A stretch of 59,440 nucleotides of DNA from an uncultured Candidatus Saccharibacteria bacterium (GCA_964499455.1 CAZCLC010000001.1:1-59440); one strand, 5' to 3'; shown: positions 1 to 8,962, counted from the first letter of the stretch. The notes: generated from the letters alone by a model not told the origin. A program made the numbers and translations.

Positions 1-54
1 TAGAGCAGCTCCCTGTTAAGGAGTTGGTTGTAGGTTCGAGTCCTACCGCCGGAG
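1..54 (+). tRNA. tRNA-Asn (anticodon GTT), 3' part only; the 5' part is off-window
   Basis: Anticodon stem GCTCC/GGAGT (8-12/20-24), loop CTGTTAA with GTT at 15-17, 5-nt variable loop. T-arm GTAGG-TTCGAGT-CCTAC (30-46), acceptor 3' strand CGCCGGA (47-53), discriminator G54, no encoded CCA. Confidence 0.85.
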
Positions 55-60
55 CAGAGT

Positions 61-340
61 ATTGATGTACGAACTTCTGATTTTCGGAAGAAAACGACTT
101 TTCGTCGTTCCGCCTGTCGGCGGACAAGTTTTGGGAGGAACGTTTTGCCCCGCACCGCATTTGCGGGGCGGGGTTTTTGTTTTCGCCAAAATCCGCAGGA
201 TTTTGGCGCGGAGAATTACCACATTATCGGAGCACTAAAGCACTGCTGTTTGTATTCAATCGCTCCGCTCTTGAACAAACAGGGAGCGTAAGATTAAGTT
301 TATGGGTACAGTTCACGTGGCGCGTGAGAGGTTATTTCAA
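61..340. repeat. GC-rich hairpin-dense repeat, copy C (same family as 30842-31020, 55860-56125, 57725-58135, 59020-59440)
   Basis: Much higher GC than surroundings. Hairpins CCGCC/GGCGG 110-123, CCCCGCA/TGCGGGG 148-168 followed by a T-run, and perfect palindrome CGCCAAAATCC-GCA-GGATTTTGGCG 184-208. Block GTCGGCGGACAAGTTTTGGGAGGAACG (116-142) resembles 59094-59120 and the reverse complement of 30961-30986. AGAATTACCACA 212-223 recurs at 59241-59252. Confidence 0.7.
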
Positions 341-402
341 ATTCTTGCGTTTTGACTGGTGGATTAAATTCGGTAGAATAATTGTGAGAGTTTGTTGTGA
401 TT

Positions 403-787
403 TTATATCGTGAGCCAAATTGTATGTTCGGCGTTTGTTGCATAGCAACTTCGTCGCTCGGCTGTTGCGCGAAGCACGCTAAAGGCTGATTTTGAAAGGA
501 TTTGCCACGCTCCGCGTGGCTCAAAAAACAATTCCCGTTCTCGCAAAATTCGGTTCGAGTCAATCTTTTTTAGGAAATCTTTTTTTTCAAAAAGATTTTC
601 CTGCAAAGCGATAATTTCGGCTTGTTTACTGGCTGAAATGAATTTTTTGGCAGGTTCGAGCCAATGATTGCCGTTTTTGTTCAAAATCTAAAATGTCATC
701 TGTACGTATCATCTTGGCTATTGAAATTGGAAATGATTCAATTGGGGTTTCTGAATCATCTACTACTGCATTCAGGTTTTCATACAT
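403..787 (-). pseudogene. Frameshifted C-terminal remnant of a large serine recombinase (decayed integrative element next to tRNA-Asn)
   Basis: The minus-strand ORF 403-684 reads ...GNHWLEPAKKFISASKQAEIIALQENLFEKKDFLKKIDSNRILRERELFFEP..AW... I recall this pattern (WxEP..FI..A...K.FLKKIGSN..L) from the extreme C-terminus of tRNA-targeting large serine recombinases. A short upstream ORF starting at 787 (MYENLNAVVDD...DILDFEQ) is in another frame. No catalytic domain is present. Identification is from memory only. Confidence 0.4.
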
Positions 788-983
788 TGTATATATAGTA
801 TATATTAATTAAATAATTATCCTACTATTATTAAACATCACCTATAATCTTGTTAGTTTATATTTTATATGGAATTATAAAATTGACCAAAACCAATTTT
901 TTGTTATACTGCAATGAAAATCAGCGATGAAGCTCGCTTCTATTGTCATTAATTTGTACTAACAGCTTCTACCAATACCAGTT

Positions 984-1913
984 ATGGTAGAGACGACTTT
1001 AAATAAAAAAAAATTACAACAAATACAACAGTTAGTTGCCGAGCTTGTTTCTCTGCAAAATCCTCAAATTATATCTCGTTTGCTTCCATATGGGAGCACG
1101 GCAATTAAATGTTTACGGGACGCCTTGCTTAATGGTAAGCCGACTTCTGTGTATCAAGCAAGACAACAGTTGGTCTTGGCTCTTTCTGCATTTCATGCAC
1201 GTGATGTGCTTTTGGAATATCTCCGTATGTCACAAAAAATAGAAAATCCAGTGGTAAAATTCGCTGAAGAAGCCGTTCAAAGTATAGCAGCTCGTGAGCT
1301 ATCACAATGGGGAGATAATGAAATATTCAAATTTCTAATTGATTTTTCTATGAATAATACCAGAATAGGTGTGCTTGATGCGCTCGCTAAATTTGGCCGT
1401 ACTGAGGCGATACCAATATTTTTAAAAGCACTTGGGGATGATTATTATCGTTCAGCAGCTGAAAACGGATTACATGAAATAGGAGAAGTTGCCAAAGCGG
1501 ACATTATAAATACAGCGATTACTCCAATTATACATAATGGTATTGAAACTCCACAAAGCATACGTTGTCGTTCATCAGCTCTTTCGCTATTGGTTGACTT
1601 ACATATTAATCGTAATGATTGGAAAGTTCTGCAAAAATTATTTAAAGATTGTAATCCTGAGATTGCTGTTAAAATCGGTTTAATTACCATATCTATTGGA
1701 AATTCGTTAGATAAGACACGTTCTGTAAGGCAGATTATAAAAGTTTATTCATCAGCAACACCATATTCCAGAATGACTATGGAACTTGAAGAATGCCTTA
1801 TACATCTTTCACCTGAAGCAAAGATAATCATTGATCAAACATTAGGAAAACAATTCAATAACAATAAAAGTGTACAAGAACGTTTATCTCGCGTCAGAAA
1901 AAGAATGCCTTAA
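984..1913 (+). CDS. HEAT / PBS-lyase-like repeat protein, function unknown
   Basis: 309-aa ORF with repeated helical A/L-rich units (e.g. RLLPYGSTAIKCLRDALL, VLDALAKFGRTEAIPIFLKALGD). No catalytic motif recognised. Confidence 0.55.
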   Translation: MVETTLNKKKLQQIQQLVAELVSLQNPQIISRLLPYGSTAIKCLRDALLNGKPTSVYQARQQLVLALSAFHARDVLLEYLRMSQKIENPVVKFAEEAVQSIAARELSQWGDNEIFKFLIDFSMNNTRIGVLDALAKFGRTEAIPIFLKALGDDYYRSAAENGLHEIGEVAKADIINTAITPIIHNGIETPQSIRCRSSALSLLVDLHINRNDWKVLQKLFKDCNPEIAVKIGLITISIGNSLDKTRSVRQIIKVYSSATPYSRMTMELEECLIHLSPEAKIIIDQTLGKQFNNNKSVQERLSRVRKRMP

Positions 1914-1924
1914 TAAATAAATAG

Positions 1925-2170
1925 CTACTTTACCAATTTGTTATATATCCATGTGATAACTACTCCAGCGATAAACCCATCCAAAAAAGCCCAAAGACCA
2001 CCGATTACAACACCGATAAAGGATGCACTATATCCTAAATAAAGAGAAGAAAGTGTATTAACGATTGCATTTCCCCAACCGAACATTGCTGTTATACCAA
2101 CGAAAACTACGTATGCCGCCCACAGTATGCCAAGTGCAACACCAAGTGCAACAGGATGATATTTGTTCAT
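1925..2170 (-). CDS. Small hydrophobic membrane protein (81 aa)
   Basis: ORF is almost entirely Gly/Ala/Val/Ile-rich predicted TM segments (GVALGILWAAYVVFVGI, FIGVVIGGLWAFLDGFIAGVVITWIY). It ends convergent with the upstream gene. Confidence 0.55.
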   Translation of the reverse strand: MNKYHPVALGVALGILWAAYVVFVGITAMFGWGNAIVNTLSSLYLGYSASFIGVVIGGLWAFLDGFIAGVVITWIYNKLVK

Positions 2171-2434
2171 AGATATCTATAATAAAATTAAAGCTTATAA
2201 TACGGCATTATTATTATAACGTATTTATATACGAATTAAATCAGTTTTATATATATTTAACGTATAATATAGTATTTTTTATACTCTGGGCATATATATG
2301 AAAGCCTATGATTTTTATCGTTTATGTGGTATTCTAATTATATCAATCAGAGCTGGATCCAAAAGAAGTAGGGATCGAGCTTCTCTCTTCAGCATCCTGA
2401 CTTGATATATTAGACATTTAAATTTCTACCAAAT

Positions 2435-2635
2435 ATGCAAGAAGGAACAGTTGCAAAGAAAACCGATAAAGGTTTCGGCTTCATTAAGCGCGATGGACAG
2501 GAAAAAGATCTTTTTTTCCACTCTAACGAGCTTCAAAATATTTCGTTTGAAGAACTTCAAGAAGGAGATAAAGTCTCATTTGAAGTTGGAGATAGCCCAA
2601 AAGGCCCAAACGCAGTCAGTATTAATAAAATTTAA
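2435..2635 (+). CDS. cspA: Cold-shock protein (CspA family)
   Basis: 66 aa with the RNP1-like KGFGFI and RNP2-like DLFFH motifs. Followed by a strong terminator. Confidence 0.93.
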   Translation: MQEGTVAKKTDKGFGFIKRDGQEKDLFFHSNELQNISFEELQEGDKVSFEVGDSPKGPNAVSINKI

Positions 2636-2643
2636 TGCTGTAA

Positions 2644-2680
2644 TACAAAAAAGCGCCCACAAAGTGGGCGCTTTTTTGTA
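2644..2680. terminator. Bidirectional intrinsic terminator after csp
   Basis: TACAAAAAAGCGCCCAC-AAA-GTGGGCGCTTTTTTGTA: 9-bp GC-rich stem (2652-2660/2664-2672) flanked by an A-run and a T-run. Confidence 0.85.
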
Positions 2681-2867
2681 TTACATCACCTATATGTTAT
2701 TTAAAATTTCAATAATATAAAAACACTTCTTAAATCATTAAAAACATTCATCATTACAAAATTAGTTTTTTGGTATTATAATAGTTATGTATTTATATAA
2801 AACTCTACATCGCAGTTTTTATTTTGTACAATTAAATTTTTAATAAAATTATTACTACAATATTAAT

Positions 2868-4973
2868 ATGTTAAACGGTATTGAGCATCTTATTACAATA
2901 TTCGCTTCATTTGGAGTGTGGGGATATATTATTGTATTTGTTATCGCTCTTATTGAATCGCTTGCTCTTGTTGGTTCATTTATTCCAGGTGCAACTATTG
3001 TTGTTGCTTTCGGTTTCCTTGCAGCACAAGGTTATTTTAATGTGGAAATACTTATTTTTGTTGCAGCTATCGGAGCAATATTTGGTGATAGCATAAGTTA
3101 TTTTATTGGCACAAAAGGTACGCATTTATTCAAGCGTGAGAATCGTATTCTTAATATAAGTCATTTAGAAAAAGGAAAAACATTTTTCGCTACTCATGGA
3201 GGTAAAAGTATTTTATTAGGTAGATTTGTTGGAATATTACGTCCAATTATTCCATTTGTCGCCGGTGCGGCGCGTATGAATATACGCACTTTTCTATTTT
3301 GGAATATCGTAAGTGGAATATTGTGGGCAATTGTACATGTTTTACTTGGGTATTTCTTTGGTGATATATTTTATTCTATTGAAGTATGGACTGGAAGAAT
3401 CGGTGTTTTCCTCGTGCTATTTGCTCTATCAATTTTTGTCGTGTGGTTTGTTATTAAAAGAAGCGCTCCATTCTGGCGTTTAATTACTTCAGTTGTACGC
3501 TCAGTATGGATTACAGTGCGAGATAATCCAGATGTACGAAAATTTGTACATAAACATCCGCTAATTATCAGTTTCGTGCGAGCACGTCTTCATAGAGGTG
3601 TATTTCAAGGATTACCACTTACTGTGATGGTTGCGCTGTTTGTGAGTGTGTTATATATATTTGCTGGACTTGTGCAAGATGTTATCGCCTTAGATCCTAT
3701 CGTAGCAATAGACATACGTCTTGCACATCTTTTATATACATTTCGTGACACTGGACTCGTTCATTTTTTTCTTTGGATAACCGCACTCGGAATGTTTCCG
3801 ATAGTATTGATAGTATTGATAGGAGTTTCTGCCATTTTCTTGTTGTGGCGTAAAAAACAGTACGTTTTTGCGTTGTGGATTACTGTACTTGGGAGTCAAC
3901 TATTTGTTTTTATTGGAAAACTTTTGGTACATAGATTACGTCCTGGAGGACTTATGCCTGTGTATAATGAACCGAGTTTTTCATTTCCAAGTGGTCATGC
4001 TGCAGTTGCTATTGCTCTTTACGGATTTATAACATATATATTATTACGCCATACTCATTCTTTTAAAAGAAAAACAACAATACTATTTGGTAGTACTGTG
4101 ATTATTTTGTTACTTGGATTTAGTCGTCTTTATCTTGGTGTTCATTTTTTGAGTGATGTAATTGGAGGTTATCTTTCAGCGACACTTTGGCTTATTGCTG
4201 GTATTACTTTTGTATTATGGCAAGAGTATGGTACTAATATCGTAACTACAGTTACTGTACGTATAAAAACACTCACAATACTTCTTATTGGAGCTTTATT
4301 ATTATTATATGGAATTTTTGCAGGTTTCTATATTCCACAATTATTACCAACACATACTACAGTACCAACAACTATCGTTAATGTACCAGTTGAAAAAATA
4401 TTTTCTGGTGCAAATGCACTCCCAATCTTTACTACTGGTATTGCGGCTGTAAAACACGTTCCTATCAATTTAATAATTATTGCACCACACCGTAGCGTTC
4501 TTATAAAAGCATTTGAAAAATCAGGATGGTATAAAGCGAGTGAAATGACTGTCAATGTTCTTATGCGTAGTGCAAAAGCAGCACTTTTAAATCAAGAATA
4601 TCTTACCGCGCCAATCAGTCCATTTTTTTGGAATGAACAAGTAAATACTGTAAGTTTTGAAGAACCGACACATACATATACCATTCGACAACGTCACCAT
4701 ATACGTATTTGGAATACGAATTTACGCACACAAAATGGAGAACATATTTATGTGGCGACGGCCAGTCTTGATGTTGGTTTAAAATGGTTTGTTGTACACC
4801 GTATTAGTCCAAATATTGATGCACAACGACAATATGTTGTTGATAGTCTTGAACAAGCTGGTGTTGTAACGCACAAAAAGAATATCGCCATCACAAAACC
4901 GACTATTGGTATAAATATCGCTGGTGATAGATTTTTTACTGATGGGGAAGCGTATGTATTATATTTACGATAG
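2868..4973 (+). CDS. Three-domain membrane fusion: DedA (VTT) family + PAP2 phosphatase + LssY_C-like C-terminal domain
   Basis: The N-terminus has the DedA pattern (FIPGATIVV...GDSISYFIG...GRFVGILRPIIPFVAGAARM). The middle has PAP2 motifs KLLVHRLRP, SFPSGH and SRLYLGVHFLSD. The C-terminus (RHHIRIWNT...VHRISPNID) resembles the LssY C-terminal domain. Confidence 0.85.
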   Translation: MLNGIEHLITIFASFGVWGYIIVFVIALIESLALVGSFIPGATIVVAFGFLAAQGYFNVEILIFVAAIGAIFGDSISYFIGTKGTHLFKRENRILNISHLEKGKTFFATHGGKSILLGRFVGILRPIIPFVAGAARMNIRTFLFWNIVSGILWAIVHVLLGYFFGDIFYSIEVWTGRIGVFLVLFALSIFVVWFVIKRSAPFWRLITSVVRSVWITVRDNPDVRKFVHKHPLIISFVRARLHRGVFQGLPLTVMVALFVSVLYIFAGLVQDVIALDPIVAIDIRLAHLLYTFRDTGLVHFFLWITALGMFPIVLIVLIGVSAIFLLWRKKQYVFALWITVLGSQLFVFIGKLLVHRLRPGGLMPVYNEPSFSFPSGHAAVAIALYGFITYILLRHTHSFKRKTTILFGSTVIILLLGFSRLYLGVHFLSDVIGGYLSATLWLIAGITFVLWQEYGTNIVTTVTVRIKTLTILLIGALLLLYGIFAGFYIPQLLPTHTTVPTTIVNVPVEKIFSGANALPIFTTGIAAVKHVPINLIIIAPHRSVLIKAFEKSGWYKASEMTVNVLMRSAKAALLNQEYLTAPISPFFWNEQVNTVSFEEPTHTYTIRQRHHIRIWNTNLRTQNGEHIYVATASLDVGLKWFVVHRISPNIDAQRQYVVDSLEQAGVVTHKKNIAITKPTIGINIAGDRFFTDGEAYVLYLR

Positions 4974-4977
4974 CTGA

Positions 4978-5469
4978 TTATTTTTTAATTTGTTTTTGTT
5001 GCGCGTGTTTATTACCCAAAGGAATAATATAATACATAAATATATATCCTACTCCAAGACCGAGCAATGAAATTATATATGAACCAATGATATCAATTAT
5101 ATGATGCACGCCGACGAATACTCGTGATATACCGATAATAATTGCAAGAATCCATAATATTGCGCCATAGCGTTTATCAAATACAGTTACTATCGCTGCG
5201 AGTGTACCAGCAAGTAGTGCGTGATCGGAAGGGAAACCATTATCAGCTATATGATGAATAAGAGGCACAATATGTTCGTTTACAAAAGGTCGTGGATTGT
5301 AATAAAAAAAACCAGCAATACGAGAAAATATATAACTAAGTGAAAGTACAAACAAAGAAAAAGAAATAAATTTTCTGTGTTGTATACTTTTTACTCCATA
5401 CCAAATAAAAATCCCAATTGATAGAATATATAAGTATTTCGCAGAAAAAATAACAACTGTATCAAACAT
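4978..5469 (-). CDS. PAP2-family phosphatase (undecaprenyl-diphosphatase-like)
   Basis: 163-aa polytopic protein with NPRPF, PSDH and SRVFVGVHHIID (PAP2 motifs 1-3). Confidence 0.8.
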   Translation of the reverse strand: MFDTVVIFSAKYLYILSIGIFIWYGVKSIQHRKFISFSLFVLSLSYIFSRIAGFFYYNPRPFVNEHIVPLIHHIADNGFPSDHALLAGTLAAIVTVFDKRYGAILWILAIIIGISRVFVGVHHIIDIIGSYIISLLGLGVGYIFMYYIIPLGNKHAQQKQIKK

Positions 5470-5530
5470 AATTAATTTAATTGTATCATGCTACTTATAT
5501 TATTTTTTAAATATATAGTAATCATTTAAT

Positions 5531-6307
5531 ATGATATTATCGCAATATATGTTGCGAAAGGTATTAACATTTATTTTTCTCATAATATGTATTGTACTTA
5601 TTATTATTATTTTTTCTGCGCCACTTGCAGTACTATTTGGTGATAATATTTCGTACGGAAAAGCTTTAAAAACTGTTATTTCGTACCCATTAGTGGTAGA
5701 ACATGAACTTTTTCGTGAGGGAAGTTATTTCATACCATATGATGCTTTACCTCAATGCGCGATAAACAGTATAATGTCCGTTGAAGATAAACGCTTTAAA
5801 TATATTAATGGTGTTGATATTATTGCTATTGCGCGTGTTGCTGTGATGAGTCTTTCAAATGACCATACTGATCATGGTGGAAGTACTATTACTCAACAAT
5901 TGGCACGACGTATTATTCAAGAACCTCGTAATAAAGTAAATATATTTGTATATACACATAGATTTTTACGTATTTTATATTATACGCTTATTGTTAATAA
6001 TGTGTTTACCAAACGAGATATTATAACTCTTTATCTAAACAGTGTGTACTATGGGAAAGGAGCGACAGGCATTGAAAGTGCGGCGCATTCTTATTTTCAT
6101 ACTGATATACATCACCTTACGTTTGGTCAGTGCATATATCTTACAGGTTTACCGCAAGCGCCGAGTATATTTGGCAAACAACCGCAAGGGAAAGTTGCAA
6201 TGGACAGATATCGTCATGTTATATCCACGATGGTACGTAATGGTTATATTTCTGTTGGTGATGGAAATATTCTTATGCACAATAAATTATTTATAAATGC
6301 ACAATGA
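5531..6307 (+). CDS. mtgA: Monofunctional peptidoglycan glycosyltransferase (GT51)
   Basis: N-terminal TM anchor, then GT51 motifs SVEDKRFKYINGVD, GGSTITQQLARR, KRDIITLYLNSVYYG. No transpeptidase domain. Confidence 0.85.
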   Translation: MILSQYMLRKVLTFIFLIICIVLIIIIFSAPLAVLFGDNISYGKALKTVISYPLVVEHELFREGSYFIPYDALPQCAINSIMSVEDKRFKYINGVDIIAIARVAVMSLSNDHTDHGGSTITQQLARRIIQEPRNKVNIFVYTHRFLRILYYTLIVNNVFTKRDIITLYLNSVYYGKGATGIESAAHSYFHTDIHHLTFGQCIYLTGLPQAPSIFGKQPQGKVAMDRYRHVISTMVRNGYISVGDGNILMHNKLFINAQ

Positions 6308-6350
6308 CATATCAAGAAAGTAAAGTTAATAAAATCGTTCATTGACGCTA

Positions 6351-6367
6351 ATACCCTATGAGGGTAT
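6351..6367. promoter_or_regulatory. CsoR/RcnR-type palindromic operator inside a sigma70-like promoter upstream of the DUF302 gene
   Basis: ATACCCTATGAGGGTAT lies 3 nt after TTGACG (6342-6347) and overlaps TATTAT (6365-6370, 17-nt spacer). The same architecture occurs at 8954-8982. Confidence 0.65.
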
Positions 6368-6439
6368 TATAAGTATATTGATGTTATGTTTTACATTTAC
6401 AAAATACATCTATATTAAAAATTAAAACAAGAACATATT

Positions 6440-6829
6440 ATGAAATACAATTACACTAAAAAAGTACATTTTTCATTTTCAGACGCAATTCAAAAAACAA
6501 AAGAAGCACTTACTGCAAACGGATTCGGTATACTAACGAATATAGATGTAGCAGCTACATTAAAAAATAAACTTGATATTATATACGAACCATATTTAAT
6601 TTTAGGTGTATGCAATCCTGCTTTGGCATATAAATCACTACAAGCCGAAAAAGAAATAGGACTATTTTTGCCATGTAATGTAATTATATATGAACAAAAA
6701 GGAATTGTGTTTATTTCAGTTATACGACCGACAGTTGCAATGGGTATGATAGAAAATGAAATACTATCTACAATTGCCGCTAAAGCAGAAAAAAAATTGT
6801 TGTCCGCTATAGAATCAATACATTCTTAA
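6440..6829 (+). CDS. DUF302 domain protein
   Basis: 129 aa. The pattern FGILTNIDVAATLKNKL...YLILGVCNP..A...L......IGLFLPCNV is typical of DUF302. Confidence 0.8.
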   Translation: MKYNYTKKVHFSFSDAIQKTKEALTANGFGILTNIDVAATLKNKLDIIYEPYLILGVCNPALAYKSLQAEKEIGLFLPCNVIIYEQKGIVFISVIRPTVAMGMIENEILSTIAAKAEKKLLSAIESIHS

Positions 6830-6845
6830 AACAATAACTAATTTC

Positions 6846-6883
6846 TTACATAAAATACCGGCATATGCCGGTATTTTATGTAA
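6846..6883. terminator. Bidirectional terminator between convergent genes
   Basis: Perfect palindrome TTACATAAAATACCGGCATATGCCGGTATTTTATGTAA. Confidence 0.8.
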
Positions 6884-6901
6884 ATTACATATAGAACAGT
6901 A

Positions 6902-6943
6902 AGTTTATTCTCCGCTCGGAAAAGTTTATTCTCCGCTCGGAAA
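6902..6943. repeat. Perfect 21-bp tandem duplication covering a stop codon
   Basis: AGTTTATTCTCCGCTCGGAAA occurs at 6902-6922 and again at 6923-6943. The second copy encodes the last codons (FPSGE-stop) of the minus-strand gene ending at 6926. Confidence 0.95.
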
Positions 6944-7540
6944 TATGTATGTTGAAGGTATTGTAGATGTACTTGAGGACATATCAAATACTACTGCAAT
7001 TTCTTGATGCTCTTTTAATATAAGCGTACGTGGATTATTAGTTACTTTTTTACCATTATTGTAGACAGCAAGTGTTGATGATGCTGTATCACAATAACTA
7101 CCAATGCAGTTTTGTGTGAATCGTACACCCCACACATCGAAAAACTCTCCGAGTGTAAAATCACGCATAGTAGGAGATTCAACATGTATAACACCACTAT
7201 TGTCATGGGTGTGTATTGGAGACATAAATCTTTCAATTTGGTTTATACCAATGTTTGCCGGAACACTAACAGAGTGTCCATTAATAATAATATCTATATG
7301 CTCGTGAATATGTAATGCGGATTTTCCTCCAGAAAGTGCTTGTAGTCCAATATCATCTAAACGTGTACGCAAATGTGAAATTTCAGGTTGCCATGGTGCA
7401 ACAGTTTTTTGTATTCCTGGAAGTGTGTTTGAATTAATAGTTAATGGAACTGAAGAAGCATTAGGGAATATATGATTCTATCCTAATAAAATTGCGACAA
7501 CAATAATAGCACCTGCCCATATAAATATTTTTTTATTCAT
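6926..7540 (-). pseudogene. Secreted His-motif protein gene interrupted by an in-frame TAG after the signal anchor
   Basis: ATG at 7540 encodes MNKKIFIWAGAIIVVAILLG, then TAG (7478-7480). The same frame continues NHIFPNASS... into ORF 6926-7372 (LHIHEHIDIIINGHSV...HTHDNSGVIHVE). No ATG/GTG lies between the TAG and the TTG at 7372. Confidence 0.6.
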
Positions 7541-7554
7541 GATTTTAAGAGTTA

Positions 7555-8121
7555 TTAATTATGATTAATAGTGTTTACAGTATCAGAAGTAGTAATACAT
7601 ATAAATGGTGTTTTTATACGTTTGAGTGTTATCGCAATAGCGATTAACATCAATACGATACCGAGAATACTAAACTCTGCACCACCAAGAGGAAGGAACG
7701 CAATGATAATACTGGCGCCAGTTAGTCCAAAAAGTGATGTGAATAGAAACGAACCGCACGCCGCACATCCAATGCCAAAAAGTCCGCCAACAAAACCACC
7801 AGCTCCAGTGATAACTTGATTTCCGGAAATCGTTCGGTGCTGTACTATGAAATAAACGATAATAGCTACATATAAACCGAATAATATTGCGATACTTATC
7901 GTAAGTATGGCCGATAAAATTGTGAAGTTTGTACCAATAGATTCCAACAAGCTTATCATAAGAGAGAATTTTTCTCCGAGCGAAGCGTTTGATATCAGAA
8001 ATGACCATAATAGACCGAGATTAGGAAGCCAAACAGAAAACGCAAAACTAATTGCAGTTGTAACAAACGCTAACAATATATATATCGGTCGAATAAAAAT
8101 ACGACAAAATGTGTTGAACAT
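7555..8121 (-). CDS. Polytopic membrane protein with an intramembrane CxxC (GIGCAACGSF)
   Basis: Start taken at ATG 8121 (MFNTFCRIF...), 4 nt after the DsbA stop. Several hydrophobic segments. The Cys pair sits in a Gly-rich TM helix. Function unknown. Confidence 0.6.
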   Translation of the reverse strand: MFNTFCRIFIRPIYILLAFVTTAISFAFSVWLPNLGLLWSFLISNASLGEKFSLMISLLESIGTNFTILSAILTISIAILFGLYVAIIVYFIVQHRTISGNQVITGAGGFVGGLFGIGCAACGSFLFTSLFGLTGASIIIAFLPLGGAEFSILGIVLMLIAIAITLKRIKTPFICITTSDTVNTINHN

Positions 8122-8125
8122 AGAC

Positions 8126-8833
8126 TTATGAACCACGTAGTGCCGCATCAAATACCTGTTCAAATACCGATAATGGCTGTGCACCGACAATTAACCGTTT
8201 ACCGACAAGCATTGAAGGAGTGCCTGATACTCCTTGCGATCTTCCTTCTGTACGATCAGCATTCATACGTTGTTGATATAGGGATTTATTTTTTATTACG
8301 AGAGCATACACTTGTTTTTGCTCAGAATTTGTAAGTACTTTTGCAGTAATTGAGCGGATGGTCACATCAGTTGCCCATCCTGTGTTTTCTGTACCTTGGT
8401 TATCATATATTGCTTTATGCCAAGTGTAGAATTTTTTTGGTGCTACATCCCACACAGCACGTGCATATACTCCAATTCTATCAGAATCTTGACCAAGAAA
8501 TTGGAAATCCATAAATACAATCCTTATCTTTCCAGTATCAACGTATTTTTTCACTATGGTTGGCATAACATTTTCTTCAAGTCGCCTGCAAAAAGGACAC
8601 TGATAATCAAACCAATATGCAACAGTAACTGGAGCTTTTAAACTTCCAATATACGGGTTTCCATCAGTAGAAACTTTTGTAATATCAGCAGTTATATGTG
8701 GAGTACCAATTTGTTTTACAGGTGCTTGTATAGGTGATTGTCCAGAATAATAGACTGCACCGGCAATAATAATTCCAGCAATAATAACCGAGAGAGGAGT
8801 TAAGTATTGATTAATAATCTGTTTATATGACAT
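8126..8833 (-). CDS. DsbA-family thiol:disulfide oxidoreductase, membrane-anchored
   Basis: N-terminal TM anchor, thioredoxin-fold active site YQCPFCRR and C-terminal GTPS (cis-Pro loop). Confidence 0.85.
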   Translation of the reverse strand: MSYKQIINQYLTPLSVIIAGIIIAGAVYYSGQSPIQAPVKQIGTPHITADITKVSTDGNPYIGSLKAPVTVAYWFDYQCPFCRRLEENVMPTIVKKYVDTGKIRIVFMDFQFLGQDSDRIGVYARAVWDVAPKKFYTWHKAIYDNQGTENTGWATDVTIRSITAKVLTNSEQKQVYALVIKNKSLYQQRMNADRTEGRSQGVSGTPSMLVGKRLIVGAQPLSVFEQVFDAALRGS

Positions 8834-8962
8834 AGAAAGATTGTATTATGTATAAAGTTAATGAATAAATATTATATCATGTGCGATAATTATTATTATA
8901 ATATTATACGCATATATATATATATATTATTGAACTAATAGCATGCAGTTTATTTGACATAG

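Noticed and set aside
177-563. Track ORFs 177-413 (+) and 300-563 (-) inside repeat copy C.
   Set aside because: They run through palindromes and hairpins, have odd composition (W/R/C-rich) and no start context. They are a by-product of GC-rich non-coding DNA.
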